From: Rhynchobatus australiae
Lineage: Eukaryota
Reading direction: 5' to 3'
Length of the DNA stretch: 64,000 nucleotides
Assembly (NCBI GenBank): GCA_034780895.1
Contig: JAUZTB010000098.1
Location: 78,660,508-78,724,507, forward strand
Translations under genes and position numbers: made by a program
Part shown: one piece after another, positions 37,186 to 49,010 of the stretch
How positions within the stretch are numbered: position 1 is the stretch's first letter
Layout: the number at the start of each line of letters is the position of its first letter
The notes under the pieces: model-generated
The model's database searches: none
The model's input: the letters and a program-made list of their open reading frames with translations, nothing else
What the model was told of the DNA's origin: nothing

Positions 37186-39524
37186 TCTTGATCTCAAGAG
37201 ACTGCCTCAGGATAAGAACTACTCTCTTGGTTTATTCATTGTGTTAATGTAACATTGTGTTAAAAGGTTCTAAAGTCGCATCTTCTCAGCATTTTTAAAT
37301 GACAATGGCCACCCTTATTAATATGATATCTTTAACCATGACAAGTGTTCCTAGGTACATCGCAGATGGAAACGTGATCAAAATGAGATTTTAGGATTGG
37401 TGATCATAAAAGCCTGATCAAAGAGGTGTGCTTCAAGAAAGTTCACAGCAGGGAAGCATGATGTGACTTTGAAAGAGCCATGAAGAGACCAGAGCTGTAG
37501 CTCCAACAGGACTTTATTCGGCATAAGGAGACACACAGCAGACACCTGGTGAGGAAAGCTTCCAGCTGATGACTAAATACAATTTCAGTAGTTAACAATT
37601 GCACAGTTTACTTTAATGTCCTGGGTGTAGACAAACTGTTCCATAGAATTACCTATTTACAGTGGGAGTACACCTTAACTGACAAGACCACCAAGCACCT
37701 AGGTTGGGATGAAGTGATTCACATGGATAGTCTACAACAGAAATAGAGGACAGAACCCCTGACCATGTTTGATGTGCTAATCGGCAAACTAGCCAGTCTG
37801 TAACCTTCCATGAGCTCATCCAGTGGGGTTCGATGTAAGTCAATTAACATAGCTCCATTGTCTACATTTGGGCAATGCATATGAATATGACTGGTGATTA
37901 TGGCAGTTTCCAAATCATATGCATTAAGTGGCCTCCTCCTCTGAGCCAGTAGTCTGTTCACTTCAGACGGTGGTATTCATGCAGCCATCCTTTCAGTTTC
38001 AAAACTGATTACTATGTAGGTTGCACTTGAAATAAAAGACTGCTTATTTGTTTCAATGGCCGCTATTTCTTACACTTCATATTTTCTGACTATGTCTCCT
38101 TTTCTCTAACAAAGCACAAAGATTTAGCAGGGGAATTCCAGAGCACATGATCAGGGCAACTTAGGACATGTTTGGCAACAGCTGGGCAAGGAGTAGTTGG
38201 TGTCTGAGCAAAGCGAACTCTGGGGTGTTACACAGAACAGGAAAAGAAAATTGTGAGTCCATTTTAGGGATCTGACATAAGGATGAACGTGTTAAGTCTG
38301 AAGTATAGGGAAGCCGTTGTTAATCCAGAGGAAAGGACATGCAGGAAAGAATGTGGGCAGCAGATGCTTAGATGTCCTGACATTTATGGCAAGCAACGAA
38401 AAATCCAAGAGAAATTGTCATCCTCAGATTTGATGATTCCAATTGCAGAGAAACTGATTTCTGTCACAGAGGGCTAAGGTTTCGGCTAGTGCTGTAAAGT
38501 GTTTGGGATAGAGAGAATAAAAGGTCTCAAACTCAACTCAAGGTTGAATAAGATATTGAGTTTTGAACAGTCCTGAGAATGTATCTTGCTATAAATATAG
38601 TGAGTGACAAAAAATTGGCTTTGATATTCTAAAGGAAACAGTGGCTCATCTGTATGTTATATTTATGCCCCCTAATTTTGGTCACACATACATGTGGAAA
38701 TGATCTCTGTATTCTATCAGACATCTTAATTCCTAACAGCTCTATTGCATCAGTTGTCTGCATATTGAATGGGCTGACGTGCAATAGAACAGTCAATAAA
38801 AATAAAAGTAAAGACCTCAAGCTTAGTAGCTCCCAGTTGCTGCAGCACTTCACGTGTTAAAATAAAAACTATTTTCTATTAAAAATTAGATTAAATATAT
38901 TAACTGATATAAGTTATTTTAAAAATCAACAAGATGGAGAAAAAATACGGACCTATTATTTCAGTCCAGGCTGGATAAGGCAGAAGGCCAGCTGAGAACT
39001 GTACCAGGCCCCTGTGTCAGCATGACTGAGCTCTGTCTCGACTCAGCGCTGGGTCCATGGGTGGAGTCGGAGGTCAGACATGCTGGCACCTCCAGCAGAC
39101 TGCTGTCATCTATGTTAGGATGCTCAGCTGCGGTAAGTGGTAATGCACTGATTTGCTAATGGTTTTCTACAGGCCCACTAGCTGCAGTCCAGAACACACC
39201 GGACCATTATAACCAATGTCTGAACTGCCCTTTCACTAAATCTCCCACATCAGAGTAGCTGGCGATACAACAAATTGCCCATGTCTTCACTTAATCACAG
39301 CAGCAGCACGTTACTTAAAAAGATTGTATTGACGGGGTTAACCAAGTTGTGGGTATTTATAGGCTGGCATTAGTTCACTTATCCTGACAGTAGGGTTGGA
39401 GGAATTTGCAGAGGAGTGAAGGACTGTTGCACCTTTCTGGTGCTTTAAAATGCTTGCTGTAGGTAGTCCATGTCACTGGAGCATATTGTGGGGGGCATCA
39501 CCACTGCCTGCTAGACTCTGACCT

Positions 39525-39785
39525 TAAAAGAACACAAAAACACAAGAAAATAGGAGCAGGAGTAGGCCACCAGGCCCCCCCAGGCCCCTCCAGCCTGCCC
39601 CAGCATTCAATAAGATCACGGCTGATCTATGCTGGCCTCAACTCCTCTTCTGTGCCAGTTCCCCATATCCCTCAATTCTTTGATCTTTCAAATATTCATC
39701 TATCTCCACCTTGTCTGATGATCTGGCCTCCATTACCCTTGAGGGCAGAGGATTCCAGAGATTCACTGCCCTCTGAGAGAAGAAC
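39525..39785 (-). mobile_element. CR1 LINE 3' end
   Basis: ORF 39638-39856(-): FFSQRAVNLWNPLP...EID; 3'UTR with ctactcctgctcctatttt. Confidence 0.85.
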
Positions 39786-41990
39786 TGCTGGGTTTGAGGT
39801 CTTGATCTTTGAACATACTTTTCCTCAGTTGGACGAAGACTGATGTCTCCATTCACTGAGAGATGAACCCCGAAGTTTGGAAGCTAATGCAGGTTTCAAC
39901 ATCCCCAGCATTGTCATCCACAGGCCTAACACCATACCCTGGAAACAGATACAGTAAGAGATTGTTAGAATGACAGAGGAAATTATCTAGGAATATTGTC
40001 AAAGTTTCCCTTTCAAAAAAAGGTTAACACCTCAATCGACCCCTGGGAATCCCAAATCAACATAGAGAAGGATGGCACTGGAATTCTCGAGTTCCTTTGT
40101 TGGGAGTCCTATGTAAATGACAGATAGAGCAATCCACCTCCCAAGCAATCCACCTATCTGCCCTGCACTGTCACATCTGTGGCAGAGCCCACAGTGGTCT
40201 CAACCCACAGAACCAGAGTGGAAACAAGTCGTGCGCGATCCCGAGGGTCTACCTTGGTAGAAAGATTCACATACTTTTCTCCAGTTTGTACAGACCTAGC
40301 TATTTCAAATTATGTTGGGAGAAAAAAAACCTGCTTTTGCTGGAAAGCTGAAATAAAAATAGAAAATGCTGGAAACATTCAGCAGATCAGGCAACATCTG
40401 TGGAGAGAGAAGCCGAGTTAATGTTTCAGGTCAATGACCTTACATCAATAAAAAGATATGGGTTTACTTTTTTGCAAGAAAGATTGTTTTCTGCAAAGCA
40501 ATAACATCTCCACCTCTCTGTGTCTGACACTGATGAGAAAATGAAAAGGTAGTTCTTGAAATCCCAGACTCCTTCCTGCCAGAGGATTTGATGTGAAGAT
40601 AAATTATTTTCAGCATTTTCTGTCAACAAGAGTTTTAAAGTAATATAAAGGTCTGAAAATTCAATTGCATGGTGCAACATATGTATATGTGTTTTTTTTC
40701 CTCTGGGACTTCTGTGCTTATGATGCTCTAATGCAAGGACCTTGGACATGGACAATGGCATGAGATGGGACTTTCATTGATGTGTGTGCGGTCACTCGTC
40801 CAGGAACTTGCCTTTACAGAGCATGTGATACCTCTTTGGCATTACTTAAAGTGGACCTGCACTTGGACCTGACTCCAGTGTGCTTTCAGTAAAAAAAATC
40901 TTCACACTTGAGCAGCTGTCCTTCAGGCCTGTTAACCCATTCCTCCCATCCCTGATTGCAACTCAACCCCTTAACAACTGATCACACCCCGTCACCGCAC
41001 TTCTCCGCGGCAACCAATCGTGATCTCAAAGTCACATCCATCTTCAGTCCTTGCTAGCCCCGCTCCACTGCAACCCCATTTCCTTCAAGACAAGTTCTCA
41101 GTCTTCCTCATGACTTCCTCAGTCTTGCTCCACAGAGGAAAGACCTTGGAGCACGGTAAGTGTACACAATCTTTTCAATTGCACATGATGTCTGGGGCCT
41201 TGTACACATCGAATTTTGCAGTGACAGGCCCTTAAAGAGACCAGCTGTCGATCCACTGTGAACAGCATGTTTAATGGTTCTTACTAAGTGTTAAAGAACT
41301 TCCAGGCTGTGAATTCAATTCCCATCAGAATTTACAGTCTACTGAAAACATTTATATAGTACAATGATTGTAATTATTATGGTGGTGATATCAGATTTTT
41401 ACAATGGGAATCCTTAAGATATTAAAGGCAATTTGTCAAAACGACCAGTGTAATGGAAATTTCCAAATGATAATTTTAAAAATAATAAAGAATGTTTAGA
41501 ATAAAAGGTGTTTTGTTTGCTGAATGCCTGCATTAATTGAACATTACCATGACCAACATTTTACATGGGAGGCAATAAACATGAACGGTGGATTGACGAA
41601 TGTGACTTAATTATATAAAATGTGTTGTTATTTAACTTTGTGATACATTCAGACACAGCCAATAATCTTAATAATTTATGAGCCCATTTGTTGAGTTTCT
41701 AAGGAGGCAGATATCATGGCAAATGTTTGAGAAACATTGATTTCAGAGTTCAGTTCTACTGGTCAGTCGCTGAATCCTCATCAGATGTGTCTCATTCCTG
41801 TTCTTTTTAGAAGGTCCCTCAGCATCATGAATGACTTGCTTCCACTCTGGTTTTGAGGATTCTGAGGTGACTGATGAGCCTTACCACTAGGCAGTCACAT
41901 CAGAAGGGAAGATTCAACCATGTGCAAAGGATGTGCCTCCGTGACAAAGATGCAACATCCCCACCGACTCCTGGAAACTTCTGGTCCATG

Positions 41991-42800
41991 ACTACACTCA
42001 GCACTGTCCACGTTCTACACCCAATTCTGACCGTGTTCTACACCCAGTGCTGACCACGTTCTACACCCAGTGCTGACCACATTCTACAGCCAGTGCTGAC
42101 CATGTTCTATATCCAGTGCTAACCAAGGTCTACACCCAGTGCTGACCACATTCTACACCCAATTCTGACTGTGTTCTACACCCAGTGCTGACCACGTTCT
42201 ACAGCCAGTGCTGACCACAGTCTACACCCAGTGCTGACCACGTCCAACACCTAGTGCTGACCACAGTCTACGCCCAGTGCTGACCATGTTCTACACCCAC
42301 TGCTGACCATGTTCTACACCCACTGCTGTCCACATTCTACAGCCAGTGCTGACCATATCCTACAGCCAGTGCTGACCACGTCCTACACCCAGTGCTGACC
42401 ACGTTCTACACTTGGTACTGACCATGTTCTACACCCGGTGGTGACCATGTTCTACACCCAGTGCTGATCGTGTTCTATACCCATTGCTGACCACGTTCCA
42501 CACCCAGTGCTGACCGCGTTCTACACCTATTGCTGACCACTTTCTACACCCAGTGCTGACCACGTCCTACATCCAGTGCTGACCACAGTCTACACCCAGT
42601 GCTGATCGTGTTCTATACCCATTGCTGACCATTTTCTACACCCAGTGTTGACCATATTCAATCCCCCAGTGCTGACCACAGTCTACACCCAGTGCTGACC
42701 GTGTTCTATACCCCGAGTTGACCACATTCTACAGCCAGTGCTGACCATGCTCTACAGCCAGTGCTGACCATGTTCTACAGCCAGTGTTGACTAAGGTCCA
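41991..42800. repeat. 23-bp minisatellite, ~35 copies, consensus TTCTACACCCAGTGCTGACCACG
   Basis: Head-to-tail repeats with scattered substitutions and no spacers, directly visible. Confidence 0.97.
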
Positions 42801-43489
42801 CAGCCTGTCCTGGACCTGCCTCACTATTATGCACCAACAAACACATGTAATCCAGCAAATCCTAATCTGGAGTCTCTGCACTTGCTCTGCATTCACGTTC
42901 CCTTGTTTCTCTAATGTGTTATCAACAATGAAACCCACCAAATGCTGATCTTAATCCTTAGCTGTGTTGAAACCAACAGCATTCACTAAAAGAACAACAA
43001 ATGACATTTTTCATTGTTCTTGCATGAACGATATGAACCAATCCAAATGGTATCTTCCTGATGTGATACTTTGTCAAGAAAGAATGCTTACTTTAAATTT
43101 ATCCATTTGCTTTCGATTAGCTCTCCCTCTAGATGGCAGGCTGATTTTGCTCACCTTTAGAACAGACAAAGATAGCCAGATGCTGCAACTGTTAGTGGAT
43201 GGCTAGTTTCTAGACTGCCATTGGATAGACTGACAATGAGAAGACAACATCAATGCAACGAACATAACACAGAGATCAGCCTTCTGCTTGTGGCCCAGAG
43301 GCATGCAATGCTTGGCAAGTGTACTGAAAGTAGATAGGGGATTACATCTTTGAAGAGGCTGTGTGTATTCGCATTTCAAAGGAGTATAACTAATTCAAAC
43401 ATTTTCTTTGTGGATTTGTTCAGTATCAGAGAACTGAAAGCAGATGTTAGAATAGGAAGGAACCTGACAGAATGAAAAAGAAATTCATA

Positions 43490-43765
43490 AACTGCAGATG
43501 CTGGAAATCTGACATAGCAACATAAAATGCTGTAAACGCTCAGCTGGTCAGGCAGGATCTGTGGAAAGGGAAATAGTTAAGGCTTCTAATCTGACATACA
43601 TCATCAGAAATGGGAAAGAGAGAATACCAAGTTAGTTTTGATGCAGGGTTCCAACCCGAACTGTTGACAATTCCTTTCCTCCCGCTGATGCTGCTCGGCC
43701 TGCTGAGTTGCTCCAGAACGTTGTTTGTTGCTCTGGATTCCCGCGTCTGCAGGGTCTTGGGTCTC
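43490..43765. mobile_element. Inverted pair of PLE pLTR-derived arms
   Basis: ctgcagatgctggaaatctg...ctcagctggtcaggcaggatc faces gatgctgctcggcctgctgagttg...ctggattcccgcgtctgcag; hammerhead relic TTGATGC-AGGG-ttccaa-CCC-GAAC at ~43638-43665. Confidence 0.7.
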
Positions 43766-44228
43766 TCAAGTAAGTTTTCAGCAGGAGAGAAGGTCGGGGG
43801 GAAGGGAGGGATGGGTAGAACAAAAGGAATATCTCTGAAAGGGTGAGATCAAATGTTTTTCTCCCTTTCCCAAACTGGCCTCAATCGCCACCTCAGAACT
43901 CAAACTGAAACTATAGTGGAAGCAAGTAACACTCAATCTCAAAAGATGAGGGCAGTTACCAGCACCTTAGTTGCGTTGTTTGTGTAATGTGTTGTAAATG
44001 GTGAGGCTGTGAACATGCTCATCAGGCCAGACTACAAACAGAATAAGAAAAACTGAGCCAACGTGATAACAGACAGGAATGGCCAGTTCTGATACAGACA
44101 GAAAAAGTGAGGTACCTAAAGTTGGAGAATTCAACATTGTTTTTCTCCCTTTCCCAAACTGGCCTCAATCGCCACCTCAGAACTCAAACTGAAACTATAG
44201 TAGAAGCAAGTAACACGCAATCTCAAAA

Positions 44229-44975
44229 GATGAAAAAAACACCATGATGTTGGAGGAACTCAGCAGGCCGGGCAGCATCCGTGGAGAAAAGCAGCCGGTC
44301 AATGTCTTGGGTCAGGACCCTTCTTCAGGACTGAAGATAGGAAAAAGGGGACGAGGTGACAATTTTGCAGAACACCTGCGCTCTGTCTGTAACTGCAATC
44401 TGCATCTCCCCGTTGCCAGTCACTTCAACTCCCCACCCCACACTATCACTGATATGACAGTCCTCGGCCTCTTCCACTGCCAGAAGAATTCCAACAGCAA
44501 AAAAGTGGAGGAACAGCACCTCACTTTCCACCTTGGAACCTTGCAGCCTAACGGCATGAATATTGAATTCTCCCACTTTAGGTAATCCTCACTCCTCCCT
44601 TACACACAACCCCCCCTCCTCTTCTTCCCTTTCCTGGACATTTTGTTCCTCTCTCTCCTTACCTTTAACCTATCCCCCGGTGATCTGCTCTCCCCTCCTC
44701 CCCCGCACCTGCCTCTCACTATCTCTTACCTGCATCCACTTATCACACATTGTGCCCCCTCCCACCGCCTCCCCTCTTTCGTCCACCCATCACTACTCTG
44801 CTTTTCCCTCCTATATATTGGGCTTCCCCCTTTTCCTATCTTCAGTCCTGAAGGAGGGTCCTGACCCGAAGCGTTGACCGGCTGCTTTTCTCCACGGATG
44901 CTGCCTGGCCTGCTGAGTTCCTCCAGCATCATCGTGTTTTTCATCTAGATTCCCACATCTGCAGTCCTGTGTTTC
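44229..44975 (+). mobile_element. Penelope element: inverted 5' pLTR piece + GIY-YIG C-terminus + 3' pLTR
   Basis: ORF 44244-44585 has GDNFAEHLRSV...VASHFNSPPH...EEQHLTFHLGTLQPNGMNIEF. 44229-44351 is the reverse complement of 44825-44945 (~120 bp inverted repeat). Confidence 0.92.
44843..44880 (+). ncRNA. Minimal type I hammerhead ribozyme relic in PLE pLTR (second copy 44296-44333, -)
   Basis: CAGTC-CTGAAGG-A-GGG(tcctga)CCC-GAAG-CGTT-GACCG. The inverted copy reads CAGTC-CTGAAGA-A-GGG(tcctga)CCC-AAGA-CATT-GACCG. The two copies carry different mutations and together restore CUGANGA/GAAA. Confidence 0.7.
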
Positions 44976-45509
44976 TCCAGCCAGTCGAGTCTGTTCTGCC
45001 ATTGAATGAAATCACTGCTGATCTGCAGTTTAACCCACTCGCACTTCATTCTTTGAGCTCAACAAAAGTATAATTACCTTAGATTGGGTGTTTTCAATTG
45101 ACTGATTTTTGTGGGAGGGAATGTTCCAGCTTCTCACAGACCTTTGACACCAAGTAACGGGTTGGAATGGGTTTATTATCGTCACATGTACTGAGATACA
45201 GTGAAACGCTTTTGTCTGCGTGCCATCCAGACAGATCATTCCATACATCAGTACATCCAGGTAGTACAAAGAAAACAGAATGCAGAACTTGCATTGCACA
45301 GAAACAGGCCCTTTCGCGCATCGAGTCCGTGCTGACCATCAACCACTCATTCACACCAATTCCATTGTATTCTCCCCACATTCCCGTCAACTCCCCCCAG
45401 GACGCCCCAGGATAAAGGGCCTCGATCTGAAACATTGACTGTCCATTTCCCTCCACAGATGCTGCCAGACCCGTTGAGTTCCTCCAGCATCTCGTACATT
45501 GCTCCAGAT

Positions 45510-45841
45510 CTCCTCCTGGCTGGCAATCAACACAGGCACACCTCAAGGATGCGTGCTTAGCCCACTGCTCTACTCTCTCCACACTCCTGACTCTGTGGCT
45601 AGGCACAGCTCAAACACTATTTCTAAATTCGCCGATGACACCACTGTTGTTGGCAGAATCTTTGATGGCGATAGATCGGCTGGTTGAGTTGTGTCACCAC
45701 AACAACTTCTCATCGTCAGCAAGACTAAGGGGTTTGGGAGAATACACACCAGTCCTCAGTGAGGGGTCAGCGGTAGAAAGGGTGAGCAGCTTCAAGTTCC
45801 TGGGCGTCAACGTCTCAGAGGATCTATCCTGAGCCCTACAC
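45510..45841 (+). mobile_element. Rex1/Babar-like RT fragment within a patchwork of LINE tail (45165-45290), SINE tail and pLTR (45410-45510)
   Basis: [22 protein letters not shown]...SN.I.KFADDTTVVG and VERVSSFKFLGV. Confidence 0.88.
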
Positions 45842-46020
45842 NNNNNNNNNNNNNNNNNNNNNNNNNNNNNNNNNNNNNNNNNNNNNNNNNNNNNNNNNNN
45901 NNNNNNNNNNNNNNNNNNNNNNNNNNNNNNNNNNNNNNNNNTTTGTGTAGGATGTGGGTAAGTCTGGGTTTAGAACATGGTCATGAGTAAATATAGAATC
46001 TAGCCAGCAAGTTGATTTAA

Positions 46021-46255
46021 GACAGAGACACAAGACACTGCAGATGCTGGAATCTGGAGCAACACACAAGATGATGGAAGAACTCAGCAGGTCAGGCTGC
46101 ACCTATGGAGGGAAAAGGATAGTCAGCATTTTGGGTTGAGACCCTTCATCTGGACTCATTATCAGTCGAGATGAAGGGTCTTGACCCAAAACATTCTTTT
46201 TCCCATAGATGCCGCAAGACCTGCTGAGTTTGTCCAGCATCTTGTGTGTTGAGTT
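46021..46255. mobile_element. Palindromic non-autonomous PLE-derived element with back-to-back hammerhead relics
   Basis: ttttgggttgagacccttcatctggact[cattatc]agtcgagatgaagggtcttgacccaaaa forms the inverted-repeat centre; arms extend ~90 bp on each side. Confidence 0.82.
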
Positions 46256-47225
46256 GGTCCAAGACATTGTATTTGAATCCTTTTTGAATGCTGTTTTCAC
46301 CCCTTCACTAATCCTCTCTTAACTGTATTTGTATGACTTTGTAATGTTCTTGATGCTTTAATTCCCACAAGGCCAGCAGCAACATCAAAGTGAAACTGAT
46401 GGACAGAGCACCTTGGAAAAAGACTAATGCAGCAGAAGGTGAGAATTTAAAGGAACTATTGCTGGTGGTTGCTTTAGAACGTGTGGTGGAACATGGGGAC
46501 AAATCATAAAGTGGACAAGAACACACTAAGCAGCTTCATGGAGTCACCTCTGCAACAGATGGAACAGTAAAGAGGAGGGTGTTCTGACTTTCCTATTCAT
46601 TTTGAAAAATATCTCACAGAGACACTACGGCAACAAGGTCAACAAGCTGATCTAANNNNNNNNNNNNNNNNNNNNNNNNNNNNNNNNNNNNNNNNNNNNN
46701 NNNNNNNNNNNNNNNNNNNNNNNNNNNNNNNNNNNNNNNNNNNNNNNNNNNNNNNNNNNNNNNNNNNNNNNNNNNNNNNNNNNNNNNNNNNNNNNNNNNN
46801 NNNNNNNNNNNNNNNNNNNNNNNNNNNNNNNNNNNNNNNNNNNNNNNNNNNNNNNNNNNNNNNNNNNNNNNNNNNNNNNNNNNNNNNNNNNNNNNNNNNN
46901 NNNNNNNNNNNNNNNNNNNNNNNNNNNNNNNNNNNNNNNNNNNNNNNNNNNNNNNNNNNNNNNNNNNNNNNNNNNNNNNNNNNNNNNNNNNNNNNNNNNN
47001 NNNNNNNNNNNNNNNNNNNNNNNNNNNNNNNNNNNNNNNNNNNNNNNNNNNNNNNNNNNNNNNNNNNNNNNNNNNNNNNNNNNNNNNNNNNNNNNNNNNN
47101 NNNNNNNNNNNNNNNNNNNNNNNNNNNNNNNNNNNNNNNNNNNNNNNNNNNNNNNNNNNNNNNNNNNNNNNNNNNNNNNNNNNNNNNNNNNNNNNNNNNN
47201 NNNNNNNNNNNNNNNNNNNNNNNNN

Positions 47226-47565
47226 CAGACACGGGGAGAACGTACAAACTCCTTACAGACAGCAGCGGGAATTGAACCCAGGTCGCTGGCGCTGTAATAG
47301 CGTTACGCTAACTGCCATACCACTGTGCCTGCTCACATTCCCATCAAATTCCACCTCCCTTGTCTACAAGTTTCTACCACCCATCTGCACACTAGGGGCA
47401 ACTTAGAGTGGCTAAATGACCTTCCAACCTGCACACCTTTGGGATGTGGGAAGAAACCAAAGCACCCTGGGGATACCCACACGCAGTCAACGGAGAACAC
47501 GCAAACTCCACAGACAGCACTGGAGCTCAGGACTGAACCCGGGCAGCTGGAGCTGTGAGGCTGTG
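47226..47565 (-). mobile_element. Two adjacent/nested V-SINEs
   Basis: 47226-47330 matches the head of the 35740 subfamily; 47330-47565 matches the 19980 subfamily. Confidence 0.82.
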
Positions 47566-48169
47566 GAGACACTCTGAGATGTGGAGAGAGAAAACCAGGA
47601 AAGTGTGGAATTACCCCAAGAGCTTTCCAAGTATCAGAAATTCTTGTCTTGGTTCAGCCCTTCGTTGTAATGTACATTTCAGTCTGTACTGAGTTAAACA
47701 ATCATGGCTCACTCAAGCAATAACGAGTCCCTGACCTCATCCAAGATCAATTCCTCCAGTGCTCTGAGCTCCATGGGTGTTCCCCAAGCCTTCACCATCC
47801 ACAACACACCCCTTCCACCCTGTTTAATCACCTAATAATAACACTGTGCTTTCAACTCCAGTCTTATAATGTTAGCATTACAGCAGCTGGCACTGTAATA
47901 AAATGCAGCTAAAATAAATAACAATTCTCATGCATTCATCATTATGAGATTAGGAGTTTCCTCCTCCGTTCTGTATAAAGTCAGGCCATGCAGTGGTGGA
48001 AAGGGAAGGAACATATGCAAGGAAGCTTCCTGTCAGATTCCCAGTTATGCCAAAGCAACCAGGAATATTCCCCCTTCATCTTTTCCTGCAGGGAAATTGT
48101 TTTTTGACCTTTGGCTTTAATACATGCGGTAGGGGCAAGGTCAGGAAAGCCAGACAACTCTCAAGGTTC

Positions 48170-48395
48170 CTGCCTGATAAACGTCAACAAAACAGAAGGG
48201 AAACTTGACTGGTGGTCTTCGATGCAGCATTGTGACATCTTTTATAAGCACCCAAGGGAACAGTTGGGGACTCTGTTTAATGCTGCAGCTGAATGACAGC
48301 AGTTCCCAGGGTGCAGTGTTCCCTCGATGTGCCCACGTCCCTAGAGTGGGGCATAAGCCTCCAAGCTTCTACCTCAGAAATGAGAGTGCTACCTG
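48170..48395 (-). mobile_element. DeuSINE (SacSINE1-like) 5' half, degenerate
   Basis: Reverse complement begins ggtagcactctcatttctgaggtagaagcttggaggcttatgccccactctaggg (tRNA-derived head), followed by a Deu-like segment. Confidence 0.55.
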
Positions 48396-48758
48396 ACAGA
48401 CCAAGGTTGATCCAACTCAGGCAACTATCCAAAGGAGGGCTGACAACATCATTTATTGCTACCAGAAAGACCACAGAAGGACTTTTGCAAGGAAATGAGG
48501 GGGAACGGCTCCTTCTTCTCAGGGGCTTTCCTTGCATTTATCAAGCATCAGTTTCATGTTTTGACTCCAGCATTCCTTTGAGTTGCCTTCAGATCCCACA
48601 CAGCACTTACATTTTGTCCCAGCACGGCAAGAAAGTACCTGCTTCATATATATGCAAATCTGCGATGTGAAAATTGTGGGGCAACAGTACAACCATTAAG
48701 TAACTCATTGAATAGGAAGCTCTTATATGGATTATATATTTTTGTACATGCACCATTA

Positions 48759-49010
48759 GGGGTGGTGCAGTAACGTAGCGATTAGCATGATGCTATTACA
48801 GCACCAGCGATCAGGGTTCAATTCCTGTCGCCGCCTTCAAGGAATTTGTACCTTCTCCCCATGTCTGCGTGGGTTTCCCCTGGGTTCTCCGGTTTCCTCC
48901 CACATTCCAAAGACATACGGACAGGTTAACATGGGTATAACTGGGCAGCGCGGACTTGTTGGGCTGGAAAGGCATGCTACCGTGCTGTAAATAAAGTTTT
49001 CAAAAAAAAG
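48759..49010 (+). mobile_element. V-SINE, full-length short subfamily
   Basis: A-box-like head, B-box GGTTCAATTCC, V-domain gggtttcccctgggttctccggtttcctcccacattccaaagac, A-rich tail. Confidence 0.9.

Noticed and set aside
41991-42800. CRISPR-like appearance of the 23-bp repeat
   Set aside because: Units are contiguous with no unique spacers, the context is eukaryotic, and there are no cas genes.
46639-47247. Long X-filled ORFs here and at other gaps
   Set aside because: Open only because N runs contain no stop codons.
48759-48830. tRNA-like A/B boxes
   Set aside because: They are the tRNA-derived head of a V-SINE; no cloverleaf or acceptor stem is evident.
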